This document shows, piece by piece, positions 17,076-26,385 of a stretch of DNA of 41,584 nt (positions are counted from its first letter, which is position 1; every line of letters begins with the position of its first letter). A program made the position numbers and the translations under genes. The DNA comes from a virus. Its lineage: Duplodnaviria; Caudoviricetes. The notes beneath the pieces were generated by a model. The model was not told the DNA's origin. It searched no databases and saw only the letters and a program-made list of their open reading frames with translations. Where the stretch lies: IMG/VR virus record IMGVR_UViG_3300037782_000169, positions 1 to 41,584 of that record; one strand, given 5' to 3'.

Positions 17076-18281
17076 ATGGATGTTATTGAGCTCTATAACC
17101 GGACTACAGAGTCCACTTCGGTCGCGTTTGACAGCGGCCCGAAGAAGTTCGTCAACGATATCGCCAAGCAGAACTACATCGCCGATCACCTGCTCGCGGG
17201 CAAGGGCGACAAGGAGATCTACGCGGGCGGACCCCGGATCAAAGACCGCTTGCTGCTCGAAGAGCGCAAGGCGCTGATCCGCGCACGGCCCGGGGTGAAG
17301 CGCGAGATCAGCAACCCGACCAGCCATGTGAACCACAGCCTGCACTGGGCGTTCTATGTGGGCGATCTGCGCTGGGACGAGGTTGAGATCGCGATGAATG
17401 TCAACCCCACGGGGATGACGAAGTCGGGTCTGAAAACCTATGTCAAGGATGTCATGGAGCAGAAGGAGCAAGACCTTGCTGCGAACATGATCAACGACTT
17501 CGATGATCTGTTCTTCGCGACCCCCGACGCGGCGCTCATGGAGCACCTGGATCAGTCCGACGGCGAGAGCCCGATGATGCTGTCGATCCCGGCGGTGGTC
17601 AACGAGGAGACGAACGGTCTCTACTCGGGCTACGACAACACCAACGGCGACTTCACGACGATCATGGGCATCAACCCAGAGAACTACCCGAACTGGGTGC
17701 CCCGACAGGTTGAGTACGACGCGAGTAGCGCGAACATCGCGGATATGTCGGTCGATGACAACCTGCTCGCTCAGCTCGAACTGCTCTACATGCGTCTCGG
17801 TTTCGAGCCTCCGCGCTCGATCCCGATGGCGAACGGGCACTTCGATCCGAAGACATCGATCGCGAAGCATCTGCTCGTGACTGGTGAGTCCGGCGCAGTT
17901 GCCCATCGCAATGTGCTCCGCTCGAACGGCGATATGTTCTACCCGGACCGTCCGAACGACGGTTCGTTCATGAGCACGCTCGTTGGCGGCGTCCCGGTCG
18001 TCCGCTACCCCGATCTGGATTCGATGAATCTGTACGCTCCGAGCTCGGGCTCAAGCCTGACCACTCAGGACCAAGCGGCGAGCCCTGGAGCACGCTTCTA
18101 CGCGTTGAACATGGACTACATCGTGCCCAAGTTCTACTCCAAGAAGTTCTTCCAGAAGGGCAGGGTCAAGGAGCTCGAAGGCACCGACGGCGCGTTCCGT
18201 CAGGCGGTGCAGGTGTGGTGTCAGACCTGGTACCGCTCGCGCAAGCGTCACGGCATCCTGTATCCGAAGACCCCGTCGTAA
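17076..18281 (+). CDS. Major capsid protein
   Basis: About 400 aa after the scaffold gene; GG..I.., GVPVV..D, YALNMDYI features seen in HK97-fold capsids. Confidence 0.8.
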   Translation: MDVIELYNRTTESTSVAFDSGPKKFVNDIAKQNYIADHLLAGKGDKEIYAGGPRIKDRLLLEERKALIRARPGVKREISNPTSHVNHSLHWAFYVGDLRWDEVEIAMNVNPTGMTKSGLKTYVKDVMEQKEQDLAANMINDFDDLFFATPDAALMEHLDQSDGESPMMLSIPAVVNEETNGLYSGYDNTNGDFTTIMGINPENYPNWVPRQVEYDASSANIADMSVDDNLLAQLELLYMRLGFEPPRSIPMANGHFDPKTSIAKHLLVTGESGAVAHRNVLRSNGDMFYPDRPNDGSFMSTLVGGVPVVRYPDLDSMNLYAPSSGSSLTTQDQAASPGARFYALNMDYIVPKFYSKKFFQKGRVKELEGTDGAFRQAVQVWCQTWYRSRKRHGILYPKTPS

Positions 18282-18351
18282 ACCGCTCGGTTGATCGGCA
18301 CTGACTGAATCGAAGCAAGAACACAAACCGCGGCCAGAGGCCGCAGGAGAA

Positions 18352-18849
18352 ATGAACATGTTTGGAAACGCAACCGGGCAGCTCGAGATTGGAGTCGAGC
18401 CTTGGAAGGCCCAGTGTGATGTGATCAAGCGCGGAGGCGCTGGTGTGAAGGGATATGTCTACGCGTTTGATCTCTCGAACGCGGATGGGGATGTCACGAA
18501 CAATGTGCCCGGGGATCGGGCATCGGGCTTCGCGAATGTACGGGCGCCGGTGTCGGCTGATCTCAGCTATGGGCAGTTCTGCGTGCTGGAAGACGACTGC
18601 GCCGACAACGCTCGCGTGAAGGCAACCTATCGGGGTGCCGTCAATGCCTTTGTGATCAAGGGCAGCGGAAACATCGCTAAGGGCGATCCGCTGACCGTGA
18701 GCACGGGCGGCGTGTTCAATGCAACGCTCGCCGCTGGCAACAAGATCGTTGCGCGTGCGCTCGAGGATGTGACCGCTCCGGGCGCAACGCCTACTGCGTG
18801 CAAGGTTGCCTTTGAAGGCATCCACGCAATCGGTGTACAGACTTCATGA
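18352..18849 (+). CDS. Capsid decoration/cement protein (DUF2190-like)
   Basis: Small Ala/Gly/Val-rich protein after the capsid gene; IAKGDPL...KIVARALED. Confidence 0.6.
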   Translation: MNMFGNATGQLEIGVEPWKAQCDVIKRGGAGVKGYVYAFDLSNADGDVTNNVPGDRASGFANVRAPVSADLSYGQFCVLEDDCADNARVKATYRGAVNAFVIKGSGNIAKGDPLTVSTGGVFNATLAAGNKIVARALEDVTAPGATPTACKVAFEGIHAIGVQTS

Positions 18850-18865
18850 TCCGTGTCCTGTGTGT

Positions 18866-18896
18866 GGTGCGCCGGTGAGGGCCGGCGTGCCGTTTT
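18866..18896 (+). terminator. Terminator-like hairpin after the head genes
   Basis: GGTGCGCCGG-TGAGGG-CCGGCGTGCC followed by GTTTT. Confidence 0.55.
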
Positions 18897-19607
18897 ATGA
18901 CGCTCACTAAGCAGAACCTGATCGATCTGATCGACCGCGATATCGGGGATGTCGAGGTGCTGTCTGCTGTCCAGGTGATCAATCAAGCGGGGCGTGCTCT
19001 GGCGATGGCGCGTGCGTGGACCTGGACGAACCGCGCGAGTGTGCTGCTTGATCTGACAGCGACCGAAGCGTTCATCGATCTGCCGGGTGATCTGCTCCGC
19101 ATCGTGGCGATCCAGCCTGTGAGCATCAACGAGCGTGTGGTCTTTGTTGACCGCGATTCGTTCATGGACTTCAAACACGCCGGAGCGAATCCGAGCGGCT
19201 ACTACGCAACACTCGGCGCGTCGATCGATGGGACGACCGGCGTGATGACCGAGCGGATCCTGATCTATCCAGAGCCCGCGGAGTCCGCGTCGGGCGTGAT
19301 TGAACTGGACTATCGCGGCGGGTGGAACGCGATCGCAGATGGTGATGCCGGGACGAAAGCGATCTCGATTCCTGACTGGATGGAGCCGCTCTATCTCGAG
19401 TATTTCCGCGCGTACTACATGGGTCTTGAGGAAGACGGAAACGGCGGCGTGACCGATCGGCTCAACCGGATCAGGGCTGGCGTGATCTTCAACGATGCGG
19501 TAACTGTCGATGTCAACCGTCAGCCGTATCACTCGCCGATCCCGGGCAGCTCGGGTGTCCGCGCATTCTCTCCGCAGCACACATACCCGGATATCGACGA
19601 TGCGTGA
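18897..19607 (+). CDS. Head-tail adaptor protein
   Basis: INQA...WTW, IDLPGDLLRI, ILIYPEP patterns of podoviral adaptors; position. Confidence 0.7.
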   Translation: MTLTKQNLIDLIDRDIGDVEVLSAVQVINQAGRALAMARAWTWTNRASVLLDLTATEAFIDLPGDLLRIVAIQPVSINERVVFVDRDSFMDFKHAGANPSGYYATLGASIDGTTGVMTERILIYPEPAESASGVIELDYRGGWNAIADGDAGTKAISIPDWMEPLYLEYFRAYYMGLEEDGNGGVTDRLNRIRAGVIFNDAVTVDVNRQPYHSPIPGSSGVRAFSPQHTYPDIDDA

Positions 19608-20460
19608 CACCGTGCTCTATTTCGGGACCGGCGATCCCCAGTACACAGGGGTTGCTCAGCGCTACGCCGACAAGCTCGGGCTGCGCTTCGCGTGGGTTGG
19701 GCGCGACGCCAAGCCGTGGAGAGCGGGGGGCAGGAGCGAGGGCGTCACCGATATGCTGCGCCGCGCGGCGTTCGTGCTGATCTGGAACGGGCTGCAGGAC
19801 AAAGCGCCGCTCGCGGCAAGATACTGCCGGCGCCGCGGTGTTCCGCACGCGTTCATGGAGTGGGGGATGCTCCCCCAGAACGAGACCTTCATGGTGGACC
19901 CGCGCGGGTTCTGCGGCGACTCGGTGCTCTGCGGCGATCTCGGCTGGGTCACTGATCAAGATATGCAGCTGCTCGGGCATGTCCGCGAGCAGTTGCGCGA
20001 GGATCACCCGATCTCGGACAACGGCGATGTGCTTGTGCCCATGCAGATCTTCGACGACACCCAGGTGCTCTATCACACCCCCTACGACACGATGCAGGAG
20101 TTTGTCGAGCACCTGATCGAGATCTTCGGACGCGACAAGCTGTTGATCCGTCCGCATCCCAAGGGCGGCGCCGACTACTCGGAGCTCGGCGTCCGCGTGG
20201 ACAATCCCAAGACACCGTTCCTGGAAAGTGCGTGCCGGGCGCGGTGTGTGGTCGGCTTGACCAGCACATGCTTGCTGGAGGCCGCGGTGCTGGGGAAACC
20301 CGTTCTTGCGCTCGGTGATGGGGCGCTCCGGGTTCACCCCGCATCGTTGCATGATCGCGTCGCTGCTGGCGCGCTCGCCCTGACCTTCCGACGAAAGAGC
20401 GGCGATCTCTCGAGCGTGCTCGATCGATTCGGCATCCGTCCTCTGGTGGTGGACTCATGA
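19600..20460 (+). CDS. KpsS/KpsC-like capsular polysaccharide glycosyltransferase
   Basis: MEWGMLP, VLVPMQIFDDTQV, LIRPHPK, TSTCLLEAAVLGKPVLALG motifs. Confidence 0.78.
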   Translation: MRDTVLYFGTGDPQYTGVAQRYADKLGLRFAWVGRDAKPWRAGGRSEGVTDMLRRAAFVLIWNGLQDKAPLAARYCRRRGVPHAFMEWGMLPQNETFMVDPRGFCGDSVLCGDLGWVTDQDMQLLGHVREQLREDHPISDNGDVLVPMQIFDDTQVLYHTPYDTMQEFVEHLIEIFGRDKLLIRPHPKGGADYSELGVRVDNPKTPFLESACRARCVVGLTSTCLLEAAVLGKPVLALGDGALRVHPASLHDRVAAGALALTFRRKSGDLSSVLDRFGIRPLVVDS

Positions 20461-23400
20461 TCCGAGCAACACGCATCCCGTTCCCGCTCGGCGGCGTCAG
20501 CGACCAATGGGCGAATCAGGACCAGGAGCCGGCGACCACGGCGCACGCGGTGAACATGCGCTCGCTCGATCCGATCTCCGGACGCAAGCGAGGCGCTCAG
20601 CGCGGGGGGACCGCGAAGTTCGTGCCCGACAAACTCGGTGACGACTTCGTGCAGGACCTGATCACGATCAACAAGGATGTGCGGCTCGCGACCTACTCGG
20701 CGCGGGAGGATTCACCGTCGATCGAGTGGTCGCTGGAAACACCTTCGGGGATCAAGGCCCGCGATCTGGGGCTCACACCCGGCGGCGATATCTGGTGCAT
20801 CTCCGGCGCGAACATCTTGGTGAAGTACAACTCGACGGGACGCGAGATCCTGCAGGTGCAGCTCCCGCTCACGATCGCAAACGAGGAGGCGCGGAGCATC
20901 GCGGTGTCCCCGGACGGAGCGGTGTTCGTGTCCACGGCGACGACCACTGATCAGTACGGCGGCAAGGTGTTCCGCTACGAGCCGAGCCCGACCGATCCCG
21001 ACGAGCTCGATCTGATCTGGACCTTCAACGCGCAGGGGCGCGTGCCGTCGATCGCGTACAACGCGGGCGTGCTCTATGTGATCATCAACAAGAACGGTGA
21101 GAGCGAGCTGCGTGCGCTGGGCGATCTGACCAGTGACGAGCCGACGACGCTTGATCAGCGGCCTGTGCCGAATCCGTCCTCGCAGCTCACGATCAACTCG
21201 GGCGGCGATATCCTCGTCGCGTCCGAGCCCAACGACACCCGCGACGATGTGATCGATGTGGATACATGCGGTGTGAAATCAACGGACTGGGAGCCCGGCG
21301 AGCTCGGCGGGCGCGTGCGTTCGTGGCTCGATGCAGGGACGCTCGCGGACTTCGCGGACAACGAAGCGGTGGATTTCTGGTTCGATCGCTCGGGAAACTC
21401 ACGCAATGTCTGGGCGGCGAACAGCGGCGAGGGTCCGGGGTCCGCGAACGCGACCTACGGCGGCAAGTTCATCAGCTCGGCGCTGTGCGGCATGGCCGGC
21501 GTCCGGTTCGATCGTCAGAACAACGGCGACGGTCGGCGCCCCGGGTTCACTTCTGGTGTGGGCAGTCAGGCGTTGATCCCGTCGGGCAACGAGCCGTGTT
21601 TCTACGCGATGCTCGTGGTGTCGCGTGCTGGTGATCGCGATACACGGGGCAAGCTGTTCGAGCGAGGGGGGCAGCCGTACCACGCGATGTGGCAGAGCAC
21701 CAACGGACGAAACTTCGCGTTGGAGTACAACTATCCGGCGCCGACGGACAACACAGGATCGAGCGGCGCCGATCAATCGGTAGGGCCTGAGCTGAACAAC
21801 GCGAGCATCGACAACGGCGATCTGATCGGGCTGCTGGTGGTGGCGCAGGATCCGAGCGGTGATCGCGAGGGCAGCTTCTTCCGACTCAACGGCGCGACGA
21901 ACAACCAGTTCACGCTCAACGATGTCGCGGATCCCGGACAGAACAGACTCGGCTACTCCGTCTGGGGCAACGAGCGGTTCGATGGTGATCTCATGGAGTT
22001 CATCTGCGTCACCGACGAGTTCACCTGGCCTACCGACTTCACAGGGAGCGGTTCCGGGTTCAGCGGTGCGCCGTCGAGCGGCGCGGGTCCATCGGAGATC
22101 GAGCTCGTCGAGGGGTATCTCGCGCACAAGTACGGCGTGCAGTCGATTCTCCATGCTTCTCATCCGTACAAAGCAAGCCCGCCGGCGGCGGCGTCTGGCG
22201 GATCGTCGAGTGGTTCATCGAGTGGTCCTGCATCGGGCTTCGTTGATCTGCTCAAGAGCACCGAGGGCATTACGAGCAAGTATTCGCCGGCGGCGCTGCA
22301 GCTGCGTTGGGCGATCGCTGGCGCGGGCATGGGGTACGCGGTCGCCGTCGATGATGACGACGGTGTGTACACCTGCGGCCCGACTGGGCCGACGAGTGAT
22401 CCTGCCGATCAGTACACCATCCGCAAGCTCGTGGACGAGGGGTTCGATGTCTCCGAGGACGATTCGAGCGGTGGCGGCGCCTGGATGGTGTCGGGTGATG
22501 TGCCGTTGGTGCCGGGCATCCGCATGGCGGTGGACTCTGAGAAGAACCTGTATGTGCCCGCGAACGAGGGAGATCTCGAGCCGACGATCTACAAGTTCGA
22601 CGCCGACGGTGTCGAGGAGTGGCAATACTGGACGACGCCCGGGACAGTCGGGCTCGCCGTCGCGATTGACACCATCGCGACAGACTTCGGTGACGACTCG
22701 ATCGGTGAGCCTGAGTTCATCTACCTGGCGACGGACGGGAACATCAACGGCGACGGCACACACACGCTCTACAAGCTGCGTTTGGTGGATGTGGAGGTCG
22801 CGGTCGGCGCTCCACGCGAGAATGTGCATGTCGGCGTCTGCGAGGGCAATGTGCGTCGTCTGGTGCCGGACGCGGCGAGCCCGAACAGTGTTGTGACGGT
22901 GACCAACGGCGCCGGCGCGCTCAACGCCGAGAGCCGGATCGTGCGTTCTGTGCTCGCGCAGGGCAAGATCTACTACATCGACGGCGAGCAGGAGAAGGTG
23001 TACGACCCGGACACGGACACGGTGAGCGACTGGGAATCGATCGGCGCCGGCACGCTGCCCAAGCGCCCGCGATTGATCGAGACCTGGAGGGATCGCGTGG
23101 TGCTCGCGCGGTGCGAGGGCGAGCCGCAGAACATCTACGCGAGCGAGCAGAGCAACCCCGAGGGCTGGGACCTGTTCCCTGCCACACTCAAGGCAACGAG
23201 CGCGTGGGCGCTGGCGACCCCGAACAGCACGACCGGGCAGGTGCCCGATGTGGTGAACTGCATGATCCCGTACTCCGACGATCTGCTGATCATCGGCGGC
23301 GATCACACGATCCATGTGCTCTACGGCGATCCACTGAGCGGAACGCTCGATCCGGTGCGTGGTACATTCACCCCCGGTCAGATCAACCTGGTCAGCGACA

Positions 23401-24488
23401 CGATCGGCATGGCCTTCGGGCGTCCGTGGTGCAAGGACGAGTCGGGGATGGTGTATTTCTACGGCTCGCGCGGAGGCGTGTACCGCATGGCGCCGGGGTC
23501 GGCGCCGCAGAAGATCAGCGAGAAGATCGATCAGCGGATGCTCGATCTGGATCTCAACTATTTCACGGTGCGGATGCAGTGGAGCGCCGAGGAGCGGGGG
23601 TTCTATGTGTGGTTCGTGCCGATCGATGTGGTGCCGGCGGCGAGCGGAGGGTCGAGCGGTGGATCGTCCGGGTCATCGGGCTCGGGATCTGCGAGCGGCT
23701 CAGGATCAGGATCGGGCAGTGGTTCCGGGTCGGCATCTGGTTCTGGGTCGGGGTCTGGATCGGGGAGCGGTTCGGGCTCAGGCTCTGGATCCGGCTCTGC
23801 TTCTGGGAGCGGTTCCGGGTCGGGCAGCGGGAGCGCAAGCGGATCGGGCTCTGCGTCGGGCTCCGGATCGGGAGGGTTGTCGAGCGGTTCGCAAGTCAGC
23901 GGACCAGACGACCAACTCGGCGGTCCCGGGACGGAGGTTGGGAACAACAACCCCCGAGAGTCGGCGGAGAACAACGAGCCGATCCTGCACTGGTTCTGCT
24001 TCGTCGAGGACGGATCATGGTGGCCTGATCGGTTCCCGGTTGCGAGCATGGACCCCACGGCGGTGTCCGTTGCCGACGGAGACGAGATCGACGATCGGGT
24101 GATGCTGATTGGTGGCGCCGACGGCTATGTGCGCTACCGCGACCTGGACGCGAAGAACGACGACGGGCAGGCGATCAGCGCGGTCGTGACGATGGGGCCT
24201 GTGTCGCCCAAGTCGTTGGAGGAGCGCGGTCGTTTCAGCAACTTCCGTGTGGTGCTCGCGAGCGATCAGGACGGCGCAACGGCGCGGCTGTACGCGAGCG
24301 ACGAGGCGGACTCGCTGGGCAATGCGCGTGCAATGCGGGTGATGACCGCCGGGCGGAATCCGTCTTGGCGCAAGCGTGTGCGTGGACAGGCTGTGTGGAT
24401 GCAGCTTGCGAACGAGGAGATCGACGAGCGGTTCGCTGTCGAGAGTGTGGCGGCGGATGTGGTGTCCGGCGGTCGGGTAAGGGATTAG
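20457..24488 (+). CDS. Tail nozzle / packaged-DNA stabilisation-like protein with inserted beta-propeller and LamG-like domains
   Basis: N-terminal FPLGG..NMR..RGG, propeller repeats, [27 protein letters not shown] and EGYLAHKYG boundaries; follows the adaptor. Confidence 0.65.
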   Translation: MIRATRIPFPLGGVSDQWANQDQEPATTAHAVNMRSLDPISGRKRGAQRGGTAKFVPDKLGDDFVQDLITINKDVRLATYSAREDSPSIEWSLETPSGIKARDLGLTPGGDIWCISGANILVKYNSTGREILQVQLPLTIANEEARSIAVSPDGAVFVSTATTTDQYGGKVFRYEPSPTDPDELDLIWTFNAQGRVPSIAYNAGVLYVIINKNGESELRALGDLTSDEPTTLDQRPVPNPSSQLTINSGGDILVASEPNDTRDDVIDVDTCGVKSTDWEPGELGGRVRSWLDAGTLADFADNEAVDFWFDRSGNSRNVWAANSGEGPGSANATYGGKFISSALCGMAGVRFDRQNNGDGRRPGFTSGVGSQALIPSGNEPCFYAMLVVSRAGDRDTRGKLFERGGQPYHAMWQSTNGRNFALEYNYPAPTDNTGSSGADQSVGPELNNASIDNGDLIGLLVVAQDPSGDREGSFFRLNGATNNQFTLNDVADPGQNRLGYSVWGNERFDGDLMEFICVTDEFTWPTDFTGSGSGFSGAPSSGAGPSEIELVEGYLAHKYGVQSILHASHPYKASPPAAASGGSSSGSSSGPASGFVDLLKSTEGITSKYSPAALQLRWAIAGAGMGYAVAVDDDDGVYTCGPTGPTSDPADQYTIRKLVDEGFDVSEDDSSGGGAWMVSGDVPLVPGIRMAVDSEKNLYVPANEGDLEPTIYKFDADGVEEWQYWTTPGTVGLAVAIDTIATDFGDDSIGEPEFIYLATDGNINGDGTHTLYKLRLVDVEVAVGAPRENVHVGVCEGNVRRLVPDAASPNSVVTVTNGAGALNAESRIVRSVLAQGKIYYIDGEQEKVYDPDTDTVSDWESIGAGTLPKRPRLIETWRDRVVLARCEGEPQNIYASEQSNPEGWDLFPATLKATSAWALATPNSTTGQVPDVVNCMIPYSDDLLIIGGDHTIHVLYGDPLSGTLDPVRGTFTPGQINLVSDTIGMAFGRPWCKDESGMVYFYGSRGGVYRMAPGSAPQKISEKIDQRMLDLDLNYFTVRMQWSAEERGFYVWFVPIDVVPAASGGSSGGSSGSSGSGSASGSGSGSGSGSGSASGSGSGSGSGSGSGSGSGSGSASGSGSGSGSGSASGSGSASGSGSGGLSSGSQVSGPDDQLGGPGTEVGNNNPRESAENNEPILHWFCFVEDGSWWPDRFPVASMDPTAVSVADGDEIDDRVMLIGGADGYVRYRDLDAKNDDGQAISAVVTMGPVSPKSLEERGRFSNFRVVLASDQDGATARLYASDEADSLGNARAMRVMTAGRNPSWRKRVRGQAVWMQLANEEIDERFAVESVAADVVSGGRVRD
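23643..23891 (+). repeat. (Gly-Ser)n coding repeat of about 80 aa
   Basis: [24 protein letters not shown]...; codons are heterogeneous. Confidence 0.95.
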
Positions 24489-24497
24489 GAGGTCGGA

Positions 24498-25169
24498 ATG
24501 CTTGGATCACTGTTTAGTGCGGGTGGAAGTCTGCTCGGTGGGCTGCTCGACGGCGATGGTGGTGTGGGAGAAGCGAACGCGGCGAACGCGGCGCTGAACC
24601 GTCGCATCAATCAGCTGTTCCAGGAGATGGGGCAGCGTGAAGCGCTCCGGTTCCGTGAGGCAACCGGGCTGTTTCAGAATCGTCTGGATTCGGTGATGGA
24701 CACGCTCGATCGCGCTGACGCGTCGGTGGGGGGTGCGGAGCGTTCGGCTCAGCGCGCAGCGACCACACGACGCGATCAGAACTCTGCGAACCTGCAGCAG
24801 CAGCTCCAGAGCAGCGGATTCAGGAACTCGACGATCGCGGCCAACGCGCAGCGTGGGGTGAATAACGACTACGAGCGGACGCTGGGCAACATCTCGGCGC
24901 AGGCCGGGCAGCAGCGCGCGGGGCTCGCGACGCAGCGTGCGGGTTTCCAGTCGTCGCTCATGGGCGACCTTGCGAATCTGCCCCTGCTGCGCAACTCGGC
25001 GGAGACGAGCCGTTTGCAGAACTTCGCGTCGGCGCTCGAGAAGCAGTACCACACACCGAGCGGTGAGAAGGGGGGCTTCGGTGATCTGTTCGGAGCACTC
25101 GGCGGAGCGATGGGCGAGTCCGGATCGATCAGCAACTTCTTCGGCAGTTTGGGTGGGTTCTTTAGCTAG
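24498..25169 (+). CDS. Internal virion / DNA ejection protein
   Basis: Gly-rich amphipathic ends and a Gln/Ala coiled core; AGGAGG SD; position after the nozzle. Confidence 0.65.
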   Translation: MLGSLFSAGGSLLGGLLDGDGGVGEANAANAALNRRINQLFQEMGQREALRFREATGLFQNRLDSVMDTLDRADASVGGAERSAQRAATTRRDQNSANLQQQLQSSGFRNSTIAANAQRGVNNDYERTLGNISAQAGQQRAGLATQRAGFQSSLMGDLANLPLLRNSAETSRLQNFASALEKQYHTPSGEKGGFGDLFGALGGAMGESGSISNFFGSLGGFFS

Positions 25170-25178
25170 GGGTAGGTC

Positions 25179-26375
25179 ATGCCAGCGATTATTGAAAAAG
25201 GGACGAGCCAGCTCGGACGCGCCGCTGCAGGAGCAGCGCAGGCGTTCTTTCAGCATCAACAGCGTCAGGACCGACTCAACAGCGAGGCAGCAGATCGTGC
25301 GTATGCCGACGAGCTCCTGCAGTTCCGCAAGCAGCAGGCCGACCGTTCGTATGGGCTCCAGCAGAACGCGGATCAACGCGCGCAGCAGCAGCTCGAACAA
25401 CGGGGCGCGATCTTCGAGCGTGATCTCGCGCAGCAGGACGCCGACGCGGGGTTCTATCGCGGGCTGGCGATCGAGCACGGCGCGGATCCGGCAGAGCTCG
25501 AGGGCATGAGCGCCGAGGGTGTGCGTCAGGCGGCGAATGTCATGATGCACCGTCAGCGCGTGCAGCAGCGAGCGCAGTCAACCGAGCGGTTCGCCAGCGA
25601 TGTGTTCGCGATGCTCGGCATCGAAGCGCCCATGCAGCAGGGCGAGGCGGCGCCGGGTCAGGGCATGGGGATCGAGCAGCCCGGAGCGGGTGTGCAGGCG
25701 GCGCCGGCGGATCCGTTCGCTGCGACGATCGCGACGATGATGCAGAACGCGACGACGGAGGAGGACTTCGAGCAGGTCGAGGCCATGCTGACGAGGGCGA
25801 TGCAGACTTCGCATCAGGCACGTCAGGATGCGGAGGAGCGGATGCAGGCGGCGCCGCTCTATCAGGGCATGGTCGCGCGGTATGTGGGGGCGCTGCCCAA
25901 CGACGACGCGAGCGAGCTGGCGACGGCGTACTCGCTGTGGGAAATGGGCAGGCTGAGCGATACGCAGCTGACCAAAGCGATCAACATGGCCGCGGAGCGT
26001 GTGGAGAAGTTCAAGCAGGGCGGCACGAGCAGGCCCGATCCGATCATGCAGGCGCGGATCGATTCGATCGTCCGCGATTCGATGCTCTCCGCCGACGAGA
26101 AGGACGCGAAGCTGCGAGCGCTGCAGGGCGGGAGAGCGCCGGCGTCGATCGAACCGGAAGCCGAACCCGAGCGGACGCGTTTGTCGTTCCGCAAGGTGAA
26201 GAAACTGATCGGATCGCAGAACGCGGAGTCGCTGCTGCGTGATCTGCCGAAGGTTCCCGAGGATCAGCGCGAGGACTTCGCTCTGCGGCGTCTGTCGCGC
26301 ATCGCGCTCGAGGAAGATCTGAGCGAGGAGCAGGTGCTCGATCTTGCTGAGTCGTTCCTGGACAACATCAACTGA
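25179..26375 (+). CDS. Internal virion / DNA ejection protein
   Basis: Gln/Ala-rich helical protein between the small ejection gene and the giant gene. Confidence 0.6.
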   Translation: MPAIIEKGTSQLGRAAAGAAQAFFQHQQRQDRLNSEAADRAYADELLQFRKQQADRSYGLQQNADQRAQQQLEQRGAIFERDLAQQDADAGFYRGLAIEHGADPAELEGMSAEGVRQAANVMMHRQRVQQRAQSTERFASDVFAMLGIEAPMQQGEAAPGQGMGIEQPGAGVQAAPADPFAATIATMMQNATTEEDFEQVEAMLTRAMQTSHQARQDAEERMQAAPLYQGMVARYVGALPNDDASELATAYSLWEMGRLSDTQLTKAINMAAERVEKFKQGGTSRPDPIMQARIDSIVRDSMLSADEKDAKLRALQGGRAPASIEPEAEPERTRLSFRKVKKLIGSQNAESLLRDLPKVPEDQREDFALRRLSRIALEEDLSEEQVLDLAESFLDNIN

Positions 26376-26385
26376 GGAGTTCCAC

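Noticed and set aside
23643-23891. Possible CRISPR array or VNTR
   Set aside because: No repeat-spacer structure; it is an in-frame Gly-Ser coding tract. No CRISPR array or cas gene was seen in the window
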